A stretch of 43,192 nucleotides of DNA. Source: Bacteroidota bacterium (GTDB lineage Bacteria; Bacteroidota; Bacteroidia; JAADEI01; JALVCQ01). Below the pieces are notes generated by a model. That model was not told the origin of the DNA. It ran no database searches and saw nothing but the letters and a program-made list of their open reading frames with translations. Of the stretch, positions 17,343 through 26,153 are shown piece by piece. A program made the translations under genes and the position numbers. Position 1 is the first letter of the stretch; each line of letters begins with the position of its first letter. The stretch is from positions 1-43,192 of the forward strand of contig JALVCQ010000031.1 in NCBI GenBank assembly GCA_027009805.1, in the 5' to 3' direction.

Positions 17343-18698
17343 TTACTGTTTAAGGCGCGGGTCGAGGGCGTCGCGCAGGGCTTCACCGATGATGGTATAG
17401 ATGGTCACGGTCAGGAAGATGGCAAAGCCGGGGAAGACGACCATCCACCACGCGTCGTAGTGCGTGCGGCCGGCGCTGAGCAGCGAGCCCCACGTGACCA
17501 CATCGTCGGGAACGCCGATGCCGAGGAAAGACAGCGACGACTCGGCAAGGATGGCTGCTGCAATCCCGAAAGAGATGGAGATGAACACGGGGGCGAGCGA
17601 GTTGGGTAGGGCATGTCCGAAAATGATGCGCCGCTTGTTGTATCCCAGTGCCCGGGCGGCCTGAATGTATTCGAGGCTGCGGGTGCGGAGGAGCTCGGCG
17701 CGGGTGAAACGGGCGATGCCTGTCCAGCTGGTCAGGCCCAGAATAGCCATGATCAGGAAGATGCTTTTATCCTTAAACAAAGAGGCGATGGTCAGGATGA
17801 GCAGCAAGCGGGGCATCGAGTTCATGATCTCGATGAGGCGCGAGATGACGCTATCGACTGGGACGGTGGTCGGATTGCGGAACCACGGCAGGCGGCCCAG
17901 CAGATGCTTGCCCAACCACGTAAATGCCAGCAGGATGACGGCAAAGAGCAGCAGACTCAGGAAGACCTGCCACAGCCCCTGCAGCATGCCGGCGTTGATG
18001 CCGTCGAGGATGGCATAGCCGCGGACCATAAATCCGTAAAAGAAGCCGAAGAAAAGTCCCAGGACGGCGCCCCAGAACTGGCCGCGGCGGCTTTTGAGGC
18101 CGCTGTCGCCGAAAAAGCCGGCCAGTGCCCCCAGAATAATGCCGATGATGGCGGCAATGCCCACGGCCACCAGCCCCACGCTCAGCGAGATGCGCGTGCC
18201 GTGCACCAGCCCCGCCGCCACGTCCTGCCCGATCTGGTTGGTGCCCAGATAATGACGGAAATACCACGGCACCGGCACGATCTCCCCGTCCGGATTTTTA
18301 TAGACCTGCTCGTCGAAAGGCCCCACAAAGTCCCGATTATAGCGGTCGGACTTATCGGGAGAATAGGCAATGGGCGCCCAGACGGCGCTTTCCAGCTTCA
18401 TCTGTTTCCAGGGGGCGATGTCGAACTGGATCTTTTCCCACGTGCCCGTGCTTTCGTTCCACACCGAGTCGGTATGCGTCGGATTCACCAACACCTGAAA
18501 AGCCGGGAAGAAGGTCTTGCCCCGGTAGCGGGCGTATAGCGGCTGGTCGGTGGCAATCAGGTCGGCAAAAACGGCCACAAACACCAGAAAACCAAGAATG
18601 TAGAGCGAGAAAAGAGCAATCTTGTTTTTCTTGAATTGCCGCCAAGCGTATTTCCGAAATGAAAACTCTTCGTGCGTGATGTGCTCTCTGGGTTCCAT
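17343..18698 (-). CDS. ABC transporter permease, OppC/DppC-like with long N-terminal extension
   Basis: C-terminal BPD-transport core (EYIQAARALGYNKRRIIFGHALPNSLAP). Start taken at M22 (18698), just after the upstream gene stop. Confidence 0.85.
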   Translation of the reverse strand: MEPREHITHEEFSFRKYAWRQFKKNKIALFSLYILGFLVFVAVFADLIATDQPLYARYRGKTFFPAFQVLVNPTHTDSVWNESTGTWEKIQFDIAPWKQMKLESAVWAPIAYSPDKSDRYNRDFVGPFDEQVYKNPDGEIVPVPWYFRHYLGTNQIGQDVAAGLVHGTRISLSVGLVAVGIAAIIGIILGALAGFFGDSGLKSRRGQFWGAVLGLFFGFFYGFMVRGYAILDGINAGMLQGLWQVFLSLLLFAVILLAFTWLGKHLLGRLPWFRNPTTVPVDSVISRLIEIMNSMPRLLLILTIASLFKDKSIFLIMAILGLTSWTGIARFTRAELLRTRSLEYIQAARALGYNKRRIIFGHALPNSLAPVFISISFGIAAAILAESSLSFLGIGVPDDVVTWGSLLSAGRTHYDAWWMVVFPGFAIFLTVTIYTIIGEALRDALDPRLKQ

Positions 18699-18705
18699 AA
18701 TAGCC

Positions 18706-20202
18706 TTACTTTTTGCCGTAAGAAATTCGAGGATCGACCACGGCATACATGATGTCGGCAAAGAGATAGCCGATCAGCGTCAGCACGCCGAAAATGGTAA
18801 ACACGGCTACGATCATAGGATAGTCATAGTTCAAGATGGATTGGTAAATTTCCAGCCCCATGCCCGGGATGGAAAAGATAGTCTCGATGATGATGGAGCC
18901 GCCGATGGCCATGGGGAAGATGTTGGAGAAGATGGTGATAATGGGCAGGAGCGAGTTGCGCAATACGTGTTTGAGGACCACGACCCGTTCGGGCAGCCCC
19001 TTGGCGCGGGCCGTGCGGATAAAGTCCTGATTGATCACATCCAGCATAGCCACGCGCATCTGGCGGCTGAGGAAGGCAAAGCTGCCGTAGGTGTAGGTGA
19101 TAAGCGGCAACACCAGATAGGGCGCCCAGTGCTGGATTTTTTGCCACAGGGGCCAGTTGGGGTCGAAGATGGCGGGGTCTTGCACGCCGCCTTCGGGGAA
19201 CCAGTCCAACACGTCGGGATTGGCAAAGATGACCAGCAGCAACGTCCCCACGAAGAAAGACGGCAGCGAATAAAGGATGAAGAGGGTGACCGATGAGGCC
19301 CGGTCAAACCACGAGTCGCGCCGATAGGCCGAATAAATCCCGATGGGGATGGCAATCAGATAGGCAAAAAAGACCGAAAAGATCGACAGGGTGAACGACC
19401 ATGGGAACCGCTCGATGATGCGCTTGATGACGGGTTGCTGGTCTCGGAACGAGATGCCGAAGTCGCCCCGCAACACGCCGCGGCGTTCTTTCGAGGGGTC
19501 GGTGTTTTCCCGAAACCACGGCTGATTCCCGAAAAGCCACACGTGATATTGATTGCGTGTGCCATACCATATCAGGCGCGGAATATAGGCGCGCCATTTC
19601 TCGGGATGGTTGAGAATGGCCTCATAGGCGCTTTTGACCTTTCGGGCGATGGGCAACAGCACCGCCAATTGCGCGGTGTCTAACAGGCGGGTGATGGATT
19701 GGAGCTTGTGTATGATCAGGTCGTGGCTTTCCAGCTCTTGCAACGAGCGCAGGTCGAACTGGACGCGCAGCAGGCGGTCTTTTTCTTCGGTGGAAAGGCG
19801 CTTGGCTTGTGCCGCGCCGAAATGGCTGACGGTGTCGATGGCGGCGTTGATGGTGTGGTAGTAGCGTTCCACATAGGGCCAATTGCCGTAGTGGCGGGTC
19901 AGCCGTTGCAACATGGCCCGATGGGCTTTGTCGGGAAACCGGTAGAGCGTGTCGGGGTCGGCCATCGTGCCGATGCTGAAGTAAAAGAGCGGCAGGTCCA
20001 GCCCCAGCCGGTGCCGCAGTTCCGCTTTCAGTTTTTCGGTGGCCACGCGCTGGCTGCCGATGGCGCCTTCTTGCTGGGCGGCGTTCAGCAGGCGTTCCAC
20101 GGGGTCGCCCGGTGCCGCCACGCTGATGGCAAACGCCAACAACGAGATCAGGATCAGCGTCGGAATAAACTGTAAGATCCGCTTGAGAATGTATTGCCAC
20201 AT
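18706..20202 (-). CDS. ABC transporter permease, OppB/DppB-like with ~200-aa insertion after TM1
   Basis: N-terminus MWQYILKRILQFIPTLILISLL is typical of OppB. EAA-type loop FIRTARAKGLPERVVVLKHVLRNSLLP. Confidence 0.85.
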   Translation of the reverse strand: MWQYILKRILQFIPTLILISLLAFAISVAAPGDPVERLLNAAQQEGAIGSQRVATEKLKAELRHRLGLDLPLFYFSIGTMADPDTLYRFPDKAHRAMLQRLTRHYGNWPYVERYYHTINAAIDTVSHFGAAQAKRLSTEEKDRLLRVQFDLRSLQELESHDLIIHKLQSITRLLDTAQLAVLLPIARKVKSAYEAILNHPEKWRAYIPRLIWYGTRNQYHVWLFGNQPWFRENTDPSKERRGVLRGDFGISFRDQQPVIKRIIERFPWSFTLSIFSVFFAYLIAIPIGIYSAYRRDSWFDRASSVTLFILYSLPSFFVGTLLLVIFANPDVLDWFPEGGVQDPAIFDPNWPLWQKIQHWAPYLVLPLITYTYGSFAFLSRQMRVAMLDVINQDFIRTARAKGLPERVVVLKHVLRNSLLPIITIFSNIFPMAIGGSIIIETIFSIPGMGLEIYQSILNYDYPMIVAVFTIFGVLTLIGYLFADIMYAVVDPRISYGKK

Positions 20203-20217
20203 ATGAGGTCGTCCCTT

Positions 20218-21996
20218 TTAGAATGGTTGATCCGGCGCGGTGCCCTGCCGGGCGAATGCCGGTTTCAGCTTGAGGTTGTTGAGTATTACCGCCGGCCGTT
20301 CTTTATACATCTTGATGTTGTCGAAGCGGCGGTGAATGGCGATCTTGCGTTTGGTGCTGAAAAGAAAGACGTAGGGCTGTTCGTCGTAAACGATTTCCTG
20401 GAGGCGCCGCACGATCTGGATGCGTTTTTGGGGGTCGATGGTGCGGTTGGCCAGCTCAATCAGCGAGTCGCTCTCGGGCGTGCCGAAGCCCACGAAATTG
20501 TAGCCTTTGTTGGCCCAGCTTTTGGTGTGCCACAGCTGGCTGAAGTCATTGGGCAGCGCCGAGCTCGACCAGCCGCCCATCATTGCATCGAAGTCATGGT
20601 TGCCGGCTTTTTTGTAAAAAATGGCAAAGTCCATCGGATTGGGTACCACCTCCACGCCGGCCTGATACATGGCCTCTTTGATCATCAACACGATTTCTTT
20701 CGACACCGGCGAACTCATATAATTCAGGTAAAAACGGAAGGGAAGGCGTTCTCCGTTGACTTCTTTGTCCCGGATATTGTCGCCGTCGGTGTCGATCCAT
20801 CCGGCTTCGTCCAGCAGTTGCTTGGCTTTTTCGACGTCGAAGGGAATGGGTTTCAGCCCGCGGTGAAACTCTTTTTTCAGCGGCGAGACCATGGTCACGT
20901 AGCGCGAAGCTTTTCCCTTGGCAATCACCTGAATGATTTCATCTACGGGCACCAGATGGGCCATGGCCCGGCGGACCCGCTTGTCCACGAAGAAGGGCTT
21001 ATGCGTGACGCCGTCGGGGCGCATGTTCAGCCCGATGTAGGAGTAGCCGAAGCGATCGACAAAATCGGAAGCGTAGTTCTGATTGAAGTATTGGCGTTTG
21101 CGCAGTTTGAGCAGGTCGTTGGTGCCCAGGTCCACGGTGACGTCCAACTTCTGGCGTTTCAGGGCCAGGGCGGCGGCGTTGCTTTCCCGGATGAGCTTGA
21201 AGATGATTTTTTCCGGATAGCGGGTGTCGTAGATGAAAGTGTCGTTGCGGGCGGCGTGCCAGTTTTTCTTGCGGGTCAGGACGATGTAGTTGCCCACCTT
21301 CCACTCGGTGATTTGATAGGGCCCCAGCCCGACGATTTTTTCCGGCACGCGGCCGTTGTCGCCGCTGTTGAAGTTCTTGCTCCATTCCACCAGGGCGGGG
21401 TCTTGTGTGGCGTCGAAGTCGGGCGAGCCGATCTCCCGCAGCGAATATTTGTCCAGCACCCCCTGCGGGTCCCAGTGGGATTTTTGCAACAGGTCGAAGG
21501 CCATAATCGAGATGTTGCTGATGTGCGGCCCGCCGGTGACCACGGTAAATGTCAGCGGATCGTCGGGGTCTTTTTCAATGTCGAGGACGTTTTGATACAG
21601 CGGTCGGGAGCTGGCGTTGTCGGTGAGCGGATTTTTGATCACCTTCAGGGTGAAGATGATGTCATCGACGGTCAGCGGCGTGCCGTCGTCCCAGTAGATG
21701 CTGTCGAGCAGCCGGTAAGTGTAGCGCCGGCCCGAGTCGGCGATGACGGGCATGGTCTCCACCAGCCACGGGATGACTTCCAGCGACTCCATGTCCACGC
21801 GAAGCAGCGCCCGGTGCGTATAGTTGGCAATCCAGCTGGCCATCGACGAGCCGCTGTTGGTGGGGTGAAGGTTGTCGGGCTCGTAAGACATGTGCACGAT
21901 GAGCGTGTTTTCCGACAGGTCACGCTTTTGCTGGCATCCCCAGAAAGAAAAGAGCAGGAACGAGAGGGCTCCTAAGAGCCGCCGTCTTTGCAGCAT
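20218..21996 (-). CDS. ABC transporter substrate-binding lipoprotein (family 5, peptide/nickel type)
   Basis: Start at M20 gives the lipoprotein signal MLQRRRLLGALSFLLFSFWGC. Size and sequence are typical of SBP family 5. Confidence 0.82.
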   Translation of the reverse strand: MLQRRRLLGALSFLLFSFWGCQQKRDLSENTLIVHMSYEPDNLHPTNSGSSMASWIANYTHRALLRVDMESLEVIPWLVETMPVIADSGRRYTYRLLDSIYWDDGTPLTVDDIIFTLKVIKNPLTDNASSRPLYQNVLDIEKDPDDPLTFTVVTGGPHISNISIMAFDLLQKSHWDPQGVLDKYSLREIGSPDFDATQDPALVEWSKNFNSGDNGRVPEKIVGLGPYQITEWKVGNYIVLTRKKNWHAARNDTFIYDTRYPEKIIFKLIRESNAAALALKRQKLDVTVDLGTNDLLKLRKRQYFNQNYASDFVDRFGYSYIGLNMRPDGVTHKPFFVDKRVRRAMAHLVPVDEIIQVIAKGKASRYVTMVSPLKKEFHRGLKPIPFDVEKAKQLLDEAGWIDTDGDNIRDKEVNGERLPFRFYLNYMSSPVSKEIVLMIKEAMYQAGVEVVPNPMDFAIFYKKAGNHDFDAMMGGWSSSALPNDFSQLWHTKSWANKGYNFVGFGTPESDSLIELANRTIDPQKRIQIVRRLQEIVYDEQPYVFLFSTKRKIAIHRRFDNIKMYKERPAVILNNLKLKPAFARQGTAPDQPF

Positions 21997-22140
21997 AAAG
22001 GGTGTTTTTGAGGCGATAAAAATACAAACCTCATTTGCCCGAAAGAGTTTCATTTCTTGCCGGCGGAAAAAGACCGGAGCCGTTTCACTTTCTAAGACTC
22101 CGGTATGTTAAATTGCCCCCATTCGGAAAAAGGATGCTCC

Positions 22141-23943
22141 ATGAAATGGTTTTGGACGTTAAGTTGCCTGATGTTTTTGACAGCGGGCGTGTCTTTATAT
22201 GCGCAGCAACGCAGCTATCGCGTGCCGCGGCGGGCCACGCTGGAATGGAGCCGCTATCGGGAGCCGGCGGTTCAGATGACGGTGATTCGGGAGGCGGATC
22301 GGAAGCGGCAACCCATTGCCGCCGAGCAAAAGGCCGAAGTCGCCCCGCCGATATATCAGGATGGAGCTCTGTCGGCGCCCCGACTGGTGCGGGCGTTTGC
22401 AGGTAACCCTTTCGAGCTGGCCACGCCCAACGACAATTCGCTGGCGGTCTCTCATTACGGAGAAATCCTTTCTGCGGTCAATTCCGCCGTTCGGGTCTAT
22501 GACACCACCGGCCAACACCTTGGCATGCACACCCTGACCGCCCTGGGCGACACCCTGCAGCTGCCCGGGTTGGAATTTGACCCACGGGTGTGGTACGACA
22601 CCGCCGCCCGCCGGTTCATCATCGTGTTTCTTTCCGGTTTCCGCTCTTCCAACAGTCAGGTTATCGTGGGCTTTTCGGCCGACTCTTCCGCGCTGGGCCC
22701 CTGGCATTTTTACGCCCTCCCCGGCGATCCCTTGCAAGATTCCAGTTGGAGCGACTTCCCGATGATCACCGTCGAAGGCTCGTCGCTGTTTATCACCCTC
22801 AATCTGCTGTGGAACGACTCCACCTGGCAAAAGGGCTTCCGCCAATCGATCATCTGGCGGGTCCCGATGGCTGACGGCTTTGCCGGCGCCGACTCGCTCG
22901 ACGCCGTCCTCACCTGGGGAGTCGAATACGGCGGCAAGCCCTTGCGGAATGTGTGTCCCGTCATCACGCGGGCGCGGTCGGTTTCCGATTCGTTTCAATA
23001 TTACCTGTCCAACCGGAATTTTTCGCCCGCCAACGATTCTTTTTTTCTCATTCGGCAATCGCCGTCGGGAACGGTGACGGTATCGATCTTTCGCACTTCC
23101 GGCGATTATGCCGCGCCCCCGCCGGCACAGATGCAGGGCTCGCAGGTGCTGGCCACCAACGACGCCCGCGTGCTATGGGCCGAACGGTGGAACGGCCGCA
23201 TCTTCTTTGCCGGCAATACCGACGACGGCGCCGGACGGGCTTCTATTTATGTGGGAACGCATATCCTCGGCGACACAGCCCGCAGCTGGATGCGCATTCT
23301 GCCAACCGAGCGGTATGAATGGGGCTACCCGTGCATTACCGCTTTTCCGGCTTCCGGCGGCATGCAGCGCCTGCTCTTTACCAATTTCACCGCCGACACC
23401 ACCCATCCCGGATGCGGTGCGTTTTTGTGGGTCGATACCATGCTGTCGGAGCTGACCATCCTCCATCGCGGCTTTGCTTCCGTCAACCTGCTCCGTTCCG
23501 ACACCGAGCGCTGGGGCGACTATACCACCTGTCAGGCCGACCCCGCTCATCCCGGGCGCCTGTGGTGTGCCGGATATGTGGGCCGGCGGGTCACGCAAGG
23601 CTTCTATACCTACAATGCGCACGTTACGTGGATGGGGGCGTTTGGGCTGTCGGTACCGCCTGCGGGACTGGCCGAAGCGCCCTCCCGCCCGGCGCCCGTG
23701 GTGATGCCGCAGCCGGCCGGCGACCATGCCGTTGTGCGGGTGCATATCGAGAAGGGCGGACCCTATCGCGCCGCCGTTTATGATGCCGGCGGGCGCCTGG
23801 TGCACACGCTCTTTAAAGACATATTACGCGCCGGCACCACCTACCATTTTCATTTGCGCACCACCCAGTGGCCGCCGGGCCTCTATTACCTGCGCCTCTC
23901 CGGCCCCGACGGCGTGCAAAACATTCGTTGGGTGCTCCGGTGA
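22141..23943 (+). CDS. secreted protein of unknown function with T9SS C-terminal sorting domain
   Basis: Signal peptide MKWFWTLSCLMFLTAGVSLYAQQ. The last ~80 aa (AVVRVHIEKGGPYRAAVYDAGGRLVHTL...GLYYLRLSGPDGVQNIRWVL) resemble the Por secretion C-terminal domain. No catalytic motif recognised in the body. Confidence 0.72.
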   Translation: MKWFWTLSCLMFLTAGVSLYAQQRSYRVPRRATLEWSRYREPAVQMTVIREADRKRQPIAAEQKAEVAPPIYQDGALSAPRLVRAFAGNPFELATPNDNSLAVSHYGEILSAVNSAVRVYDTTGQHLGMHTLTALGDTLQLPGLEFDPRVWYDTAARRFIIVFLSGFRSSNSQVIVGFSADSSALGPWHFYALPGDPLQDSSWSDFPMITVEGSSLFITLNLLWNDSTWQKGFRQSIIWRVPMADGFAGADSLDAVLTWGVEYGGKPLRNVCPVITRARSVSDSFQYYLSNRNFSPANDSFFLIRQSPSGTVTVSIFRTSGDYAAPPPAQMQGSQVLATNDARVLWAERWNGRIFFAGNTDDGAGRASIYVGTHILGDTARSWMRILPTERYEWGYPCITAFPASGGMQRLLFTNFTADTTHPGCGAFLWVDTMLSELTILHRGFASVNLLRSDTERWGDYTTCQADPAHPGRLWCAGYVGRRVTQGFYTYNAHVTWMGAFGLSVPPAGLAEAPSRPAPVVMPQPAGDHAVVRVHIEKGGPYRAAVYDAGGRLVHTLFKDILRAGTTYHFHLRTTQWPPGLYYLRLSGPDGVQNIRWVLR

Positions 23944-23987
23944 TAATTTTTTTCGGATTCAGGCACAGGATAAAAACAAAGGTGTTT

Positions 23988-23995
23988 TATCTTTG
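23988..23995 (+). promoter_or_regulatory. candidate -7 box TATCTTTG
   Basis: Exact TAnnTTTG match, 19 nt upstream of tRNA-Glu. Confidence 0.35.
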
Positions 23996-24014
23996 CAGCC
24001 CTCATCAGAGGTGT

Positions 24015-24086
24015 GGCCCGTTCGTCTAACGGTTAGGACGCCAGGTTTTCAACCTGGTAATAGGGGTTCGATTCCCCTACGGGCTG
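24015..24086 (+). tRNA. tRNA-Glu (anticodon TTC)
   Basis: Hand-folded 72-nt cloverleaf. Acceptor GGCCCGT/ACGGGCT (G1-U72 wobble), D-stem GTC/GAC, anticodon stem CCAGG/CCTGG, loop TTTTCAA, T-arm AGGGG-TTCGATT-CCCCT. Confidence 0.92.
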
Positions 24087-24093
24087 CCTTGTC

Positions 24094-24132
24094 AGGCCCT
24101 GTACGCCAGATGGCGCACAGGGCCTTTTTCTT
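24094..24132 (+). terminator. rho-independent terminator after tRNA-Glu
   Basis: Arms AGGCCCTGT(A)CGCCA and TGGCG(C)ACAGGGCCT around a 2-nt GA loop, with one A/C mismatch, followed by TTTTCTT. Confidence 0.7.
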
Positions 24133-24167
24133 GTAGTTGGGTGCCCCAAGGACGGGGGGAGCGGGGA

Positions 24168-25250
24168 CTATTCCATTAGTGATTTTCTTACCTTTTCTCG
24201 AAAGGACGGACTGGTGAGAATTTTCAGCTCAAACTGATTCATACTCATTTGCAGGTAAAGATTTTCCAGAAAACTTAAATCGTTTATGAAATATGCCAGC
24301 TCCGTCTTATTGCCCTTTTTATCGGTGGCATACAGGGCTTTGGTCAGGACAAACGCCGTGGAACCCCCTTTCATCCCTGCATGGGCCAGCCACCGCTGAT
24401 TAGCAGGATTTTTGAGCGGATATTCCATCACGTCATCCAGATAGTGTTGTGTGTGTGCATCAAAGTAGGTTCTGGAGTTGATTTTTCGCATGATGCCTAC
24501 ATATTCCGCCACGGTGGATCTCGGAAGCCTGTCCGACCATACCTTTTGAATCCGCAAGGAAAGGTCGCCGACTTTCTTTTTGTAAGAGGTGTCTTGCTTT
24601 AGCTTAGCATGAATCTCCACGGTCGCCTGGATATATGCTTCTTCCGGCATTGCTCTCAGGGCTGTTTCCAGGGCTTTGCCGTGAAGGTGGGGGAACTTTT
24701 CTTTCCCCACGAAAAGAGCCGACACGAGATAGTGGATTTTCGTGTGACGTTTCACGTCCAGGCTGTCGAGTCGGGCGTTGATATTGTCCAGTCCTAATTT
24801 TTCGCATAGCCATTCGGTGTTGGCGTTGGAACTGTAGGAAATCATTCCCTTGGCGATTTCCCGGATGGTGATTTGGTGGTCTTGAATTTTGTCAGCCACC
24901 GATTCCAGCCATGCGGGATGTGCGCCCCCGTCGGTGTTAGGCACATAAAACTTTTCCAGTTCAGCCAGTGAGACGCGTTCGTCGGAGTCGATTTGCCCAC
25001 GAGCTGCTTGTGCCGCATATTCGATGGCGACGATGATTTTAACTGTGCTCGCCAGCGGCATCATCTTGTAGGGATTCCTTTCTGCCAGCACGGTGTCGTT
25101 GCGCACCAGCTTGATGGCTGCCCGGTCGGGATTCTTTTTGATAAACCGTAGAACCTTTTCGTCGGGCCTGAACATGTAATAGCCTCCCGCAGCCAGAAGC
25201 AATAGAAGACCTAAGATGATGCTGATTCCGATGAAGACTTTTCGGACCAT
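24168..25250 (-). CDS. membrane-anchored serine hydrolase, class A beta-lactamase / PBP-like fold
   Basis: 360 aa with an N-terminal TM anchor. Ordered motifs SxxK (ASTVK), SxN (YSSN) and K-G-G-S (MKGGST). The gene is visibly AT-rich; two hand-counted 60-nt stretches near the 3' end gave 32-40% GC against ~60% in the flanks. Confidence 0.72.
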   Translation of the reverse strand: MVRKVFIGISIILGLLLLLAAGGYYMFRPDEKVLRFIKKNPDRAAIKLVRNDTVLAERNPYKMMPLASTVKIIVAIEYAAQAARGQIDSDERVSLAELEKFYVPNTDGGAHPAWLESVADKIQDHQITIREIAKGMISYSSNANTEWLCEKLGLDNINARLDSLDVKRHTKIHYLVSALFVGKEKFPHLHGKALETALRAMPEEAYIQATVEIHAKLKQDTSYKKKVGDLSLRIQKVWSDRLPRSTVAEYVGIMRKINSRTYFDAHTQHYLDDVMEYPLKNPANQRWLAHAGMKGGSTAFVLTKALYATDKKGNKTELAYFINDLSFLENLYLQMSMNQFELKILTSPSFREKVRKSLME

Positions 25251-25273
25251 GTCGGCTTATAGTGCAGAAGCCT

Positions 25274-25308
25274 GGAGATAGAAAGAGGACATCGCTCTTT
25301 CTATCTCC
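25274..25308 (-). terminator. perfect 14-bp-stem hairpin between sdhB stop and hydrolase start (candidate sdh terminator or 5' UTR structure)
   Basis: GGAGATAGAAAGAG - 7-nt loop - CTCTTTCTATCTCC. No U-tract on either strand, so terminator function is uncertain. Confidence 0.35.
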
Positions 25309-25367
25309 CCGGTTTCCCGTGGGGCGTTTCCTGGGCATCTTTTCCGGTGAAAAAGGCGTGAGAACGC

Positions 25368-26138
25368 TTAGTCATCCGTAATTTCTGTGATAAACGATGC
25401 CCGCAGGAACTCGCGATTGAGGCGGTTGATAAATTCTTGCGGAATGGCTTTGGGACATTCGATCGAGCAGGCACCGGTGTTGGTGCAGTGGCCGAACCCT
25501 TCAGCGTCCATGGCTTCGATCATGCGGCGCACGCGCCGCTCCCGTTCGGGCTCGCCTTGCGGCAGCAACGACAGGTGCGACACCTTGGCCGCCACAAACA
25601 GCATGGCCGATGCGTTGGGACACGCCGCCACGCAGGCGCCGCAGCCGATGCATTCCGCCGCATCAAAGGCCTTGTCGGCCTTTGGCTTGGGCACCGGGAT
25701 GTTGTTGGCATCCTGCGGCGAACCGGTGTTCACCGAGATGTAGCCGCCGGCGGCCATAATCCGATCGAAAGCGCTCCGATCGACAATCAGGTCTTTGACC
25801 ACCGGAAACGCATCGGCCCGGAACGGCTCGATGTAGATGGTCTCGCCGTCTTTGAAATGGCGCATGTGCAGCTGGCAGGTGGTCGTCCGATAGTTGGGCC
25901 CGTGCGGACGGCCGTTGATGACCAGACTGCACGCCCCGCAGATGCCCTCCCGACAGTCGTGTTCGAACTCCACAGGGCGCTTTCCTTCGGCGATAAGTTG
26001 CTGGTTGAGCACGTCCAGCATCTCCAGAAAAGACATACGGGTCGAGACGTTCTGCAATGAATATGTCTCAAAGCCGCCTTTATCGTTGGGCCCGCTTTGG
26101 CGCCATACCTTTAAGGTAAGGTTGATTGTCTTGGACAT
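25368..26138 (-). CDS. sdhB: succinate dehydrogenase/fumarate reductase iron-sulfur subunit
   Basis: Cys clusters [22 protein letters not shown] and [12 protein letters not shown]. Confidence 0.93.
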   Translation of the reverse strand: MSKTINLTLKVWRQSGPNDKGGFETYSLQNVSTRMSFLEMLDVLNQQLIAEGKRPVEFEHDCREGICGACSLVINGRPHGPNYRTTTCQLHMRHFKDGETIYIEPFRADAFPVVKDLIVDRSAFDRIMAAGGYISVNTGSPQDANNIPVPKPKADKAFDAAECIGCGACVAACPNASAMLFVAAKVSHLSLLPQGEPERERRVRRMIEAMDAEGFGHCTNTGACSIECPKAIPQEFINRLNREFLRASFITEITDD

Positions 26139-26153
26139 CGTTCAGGCTTTTGG

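Noticed and set aside
24015-25367. A tRNA-Glu-targeted integrative element (genomic island with att sites)
   Set aside because: There is no integrase or other mobility gene. I could find no duplicated copy of the tRNA 3' end at the far boundary. Only the compositional anomaly of a single gene remains, and that is reported as a finding.
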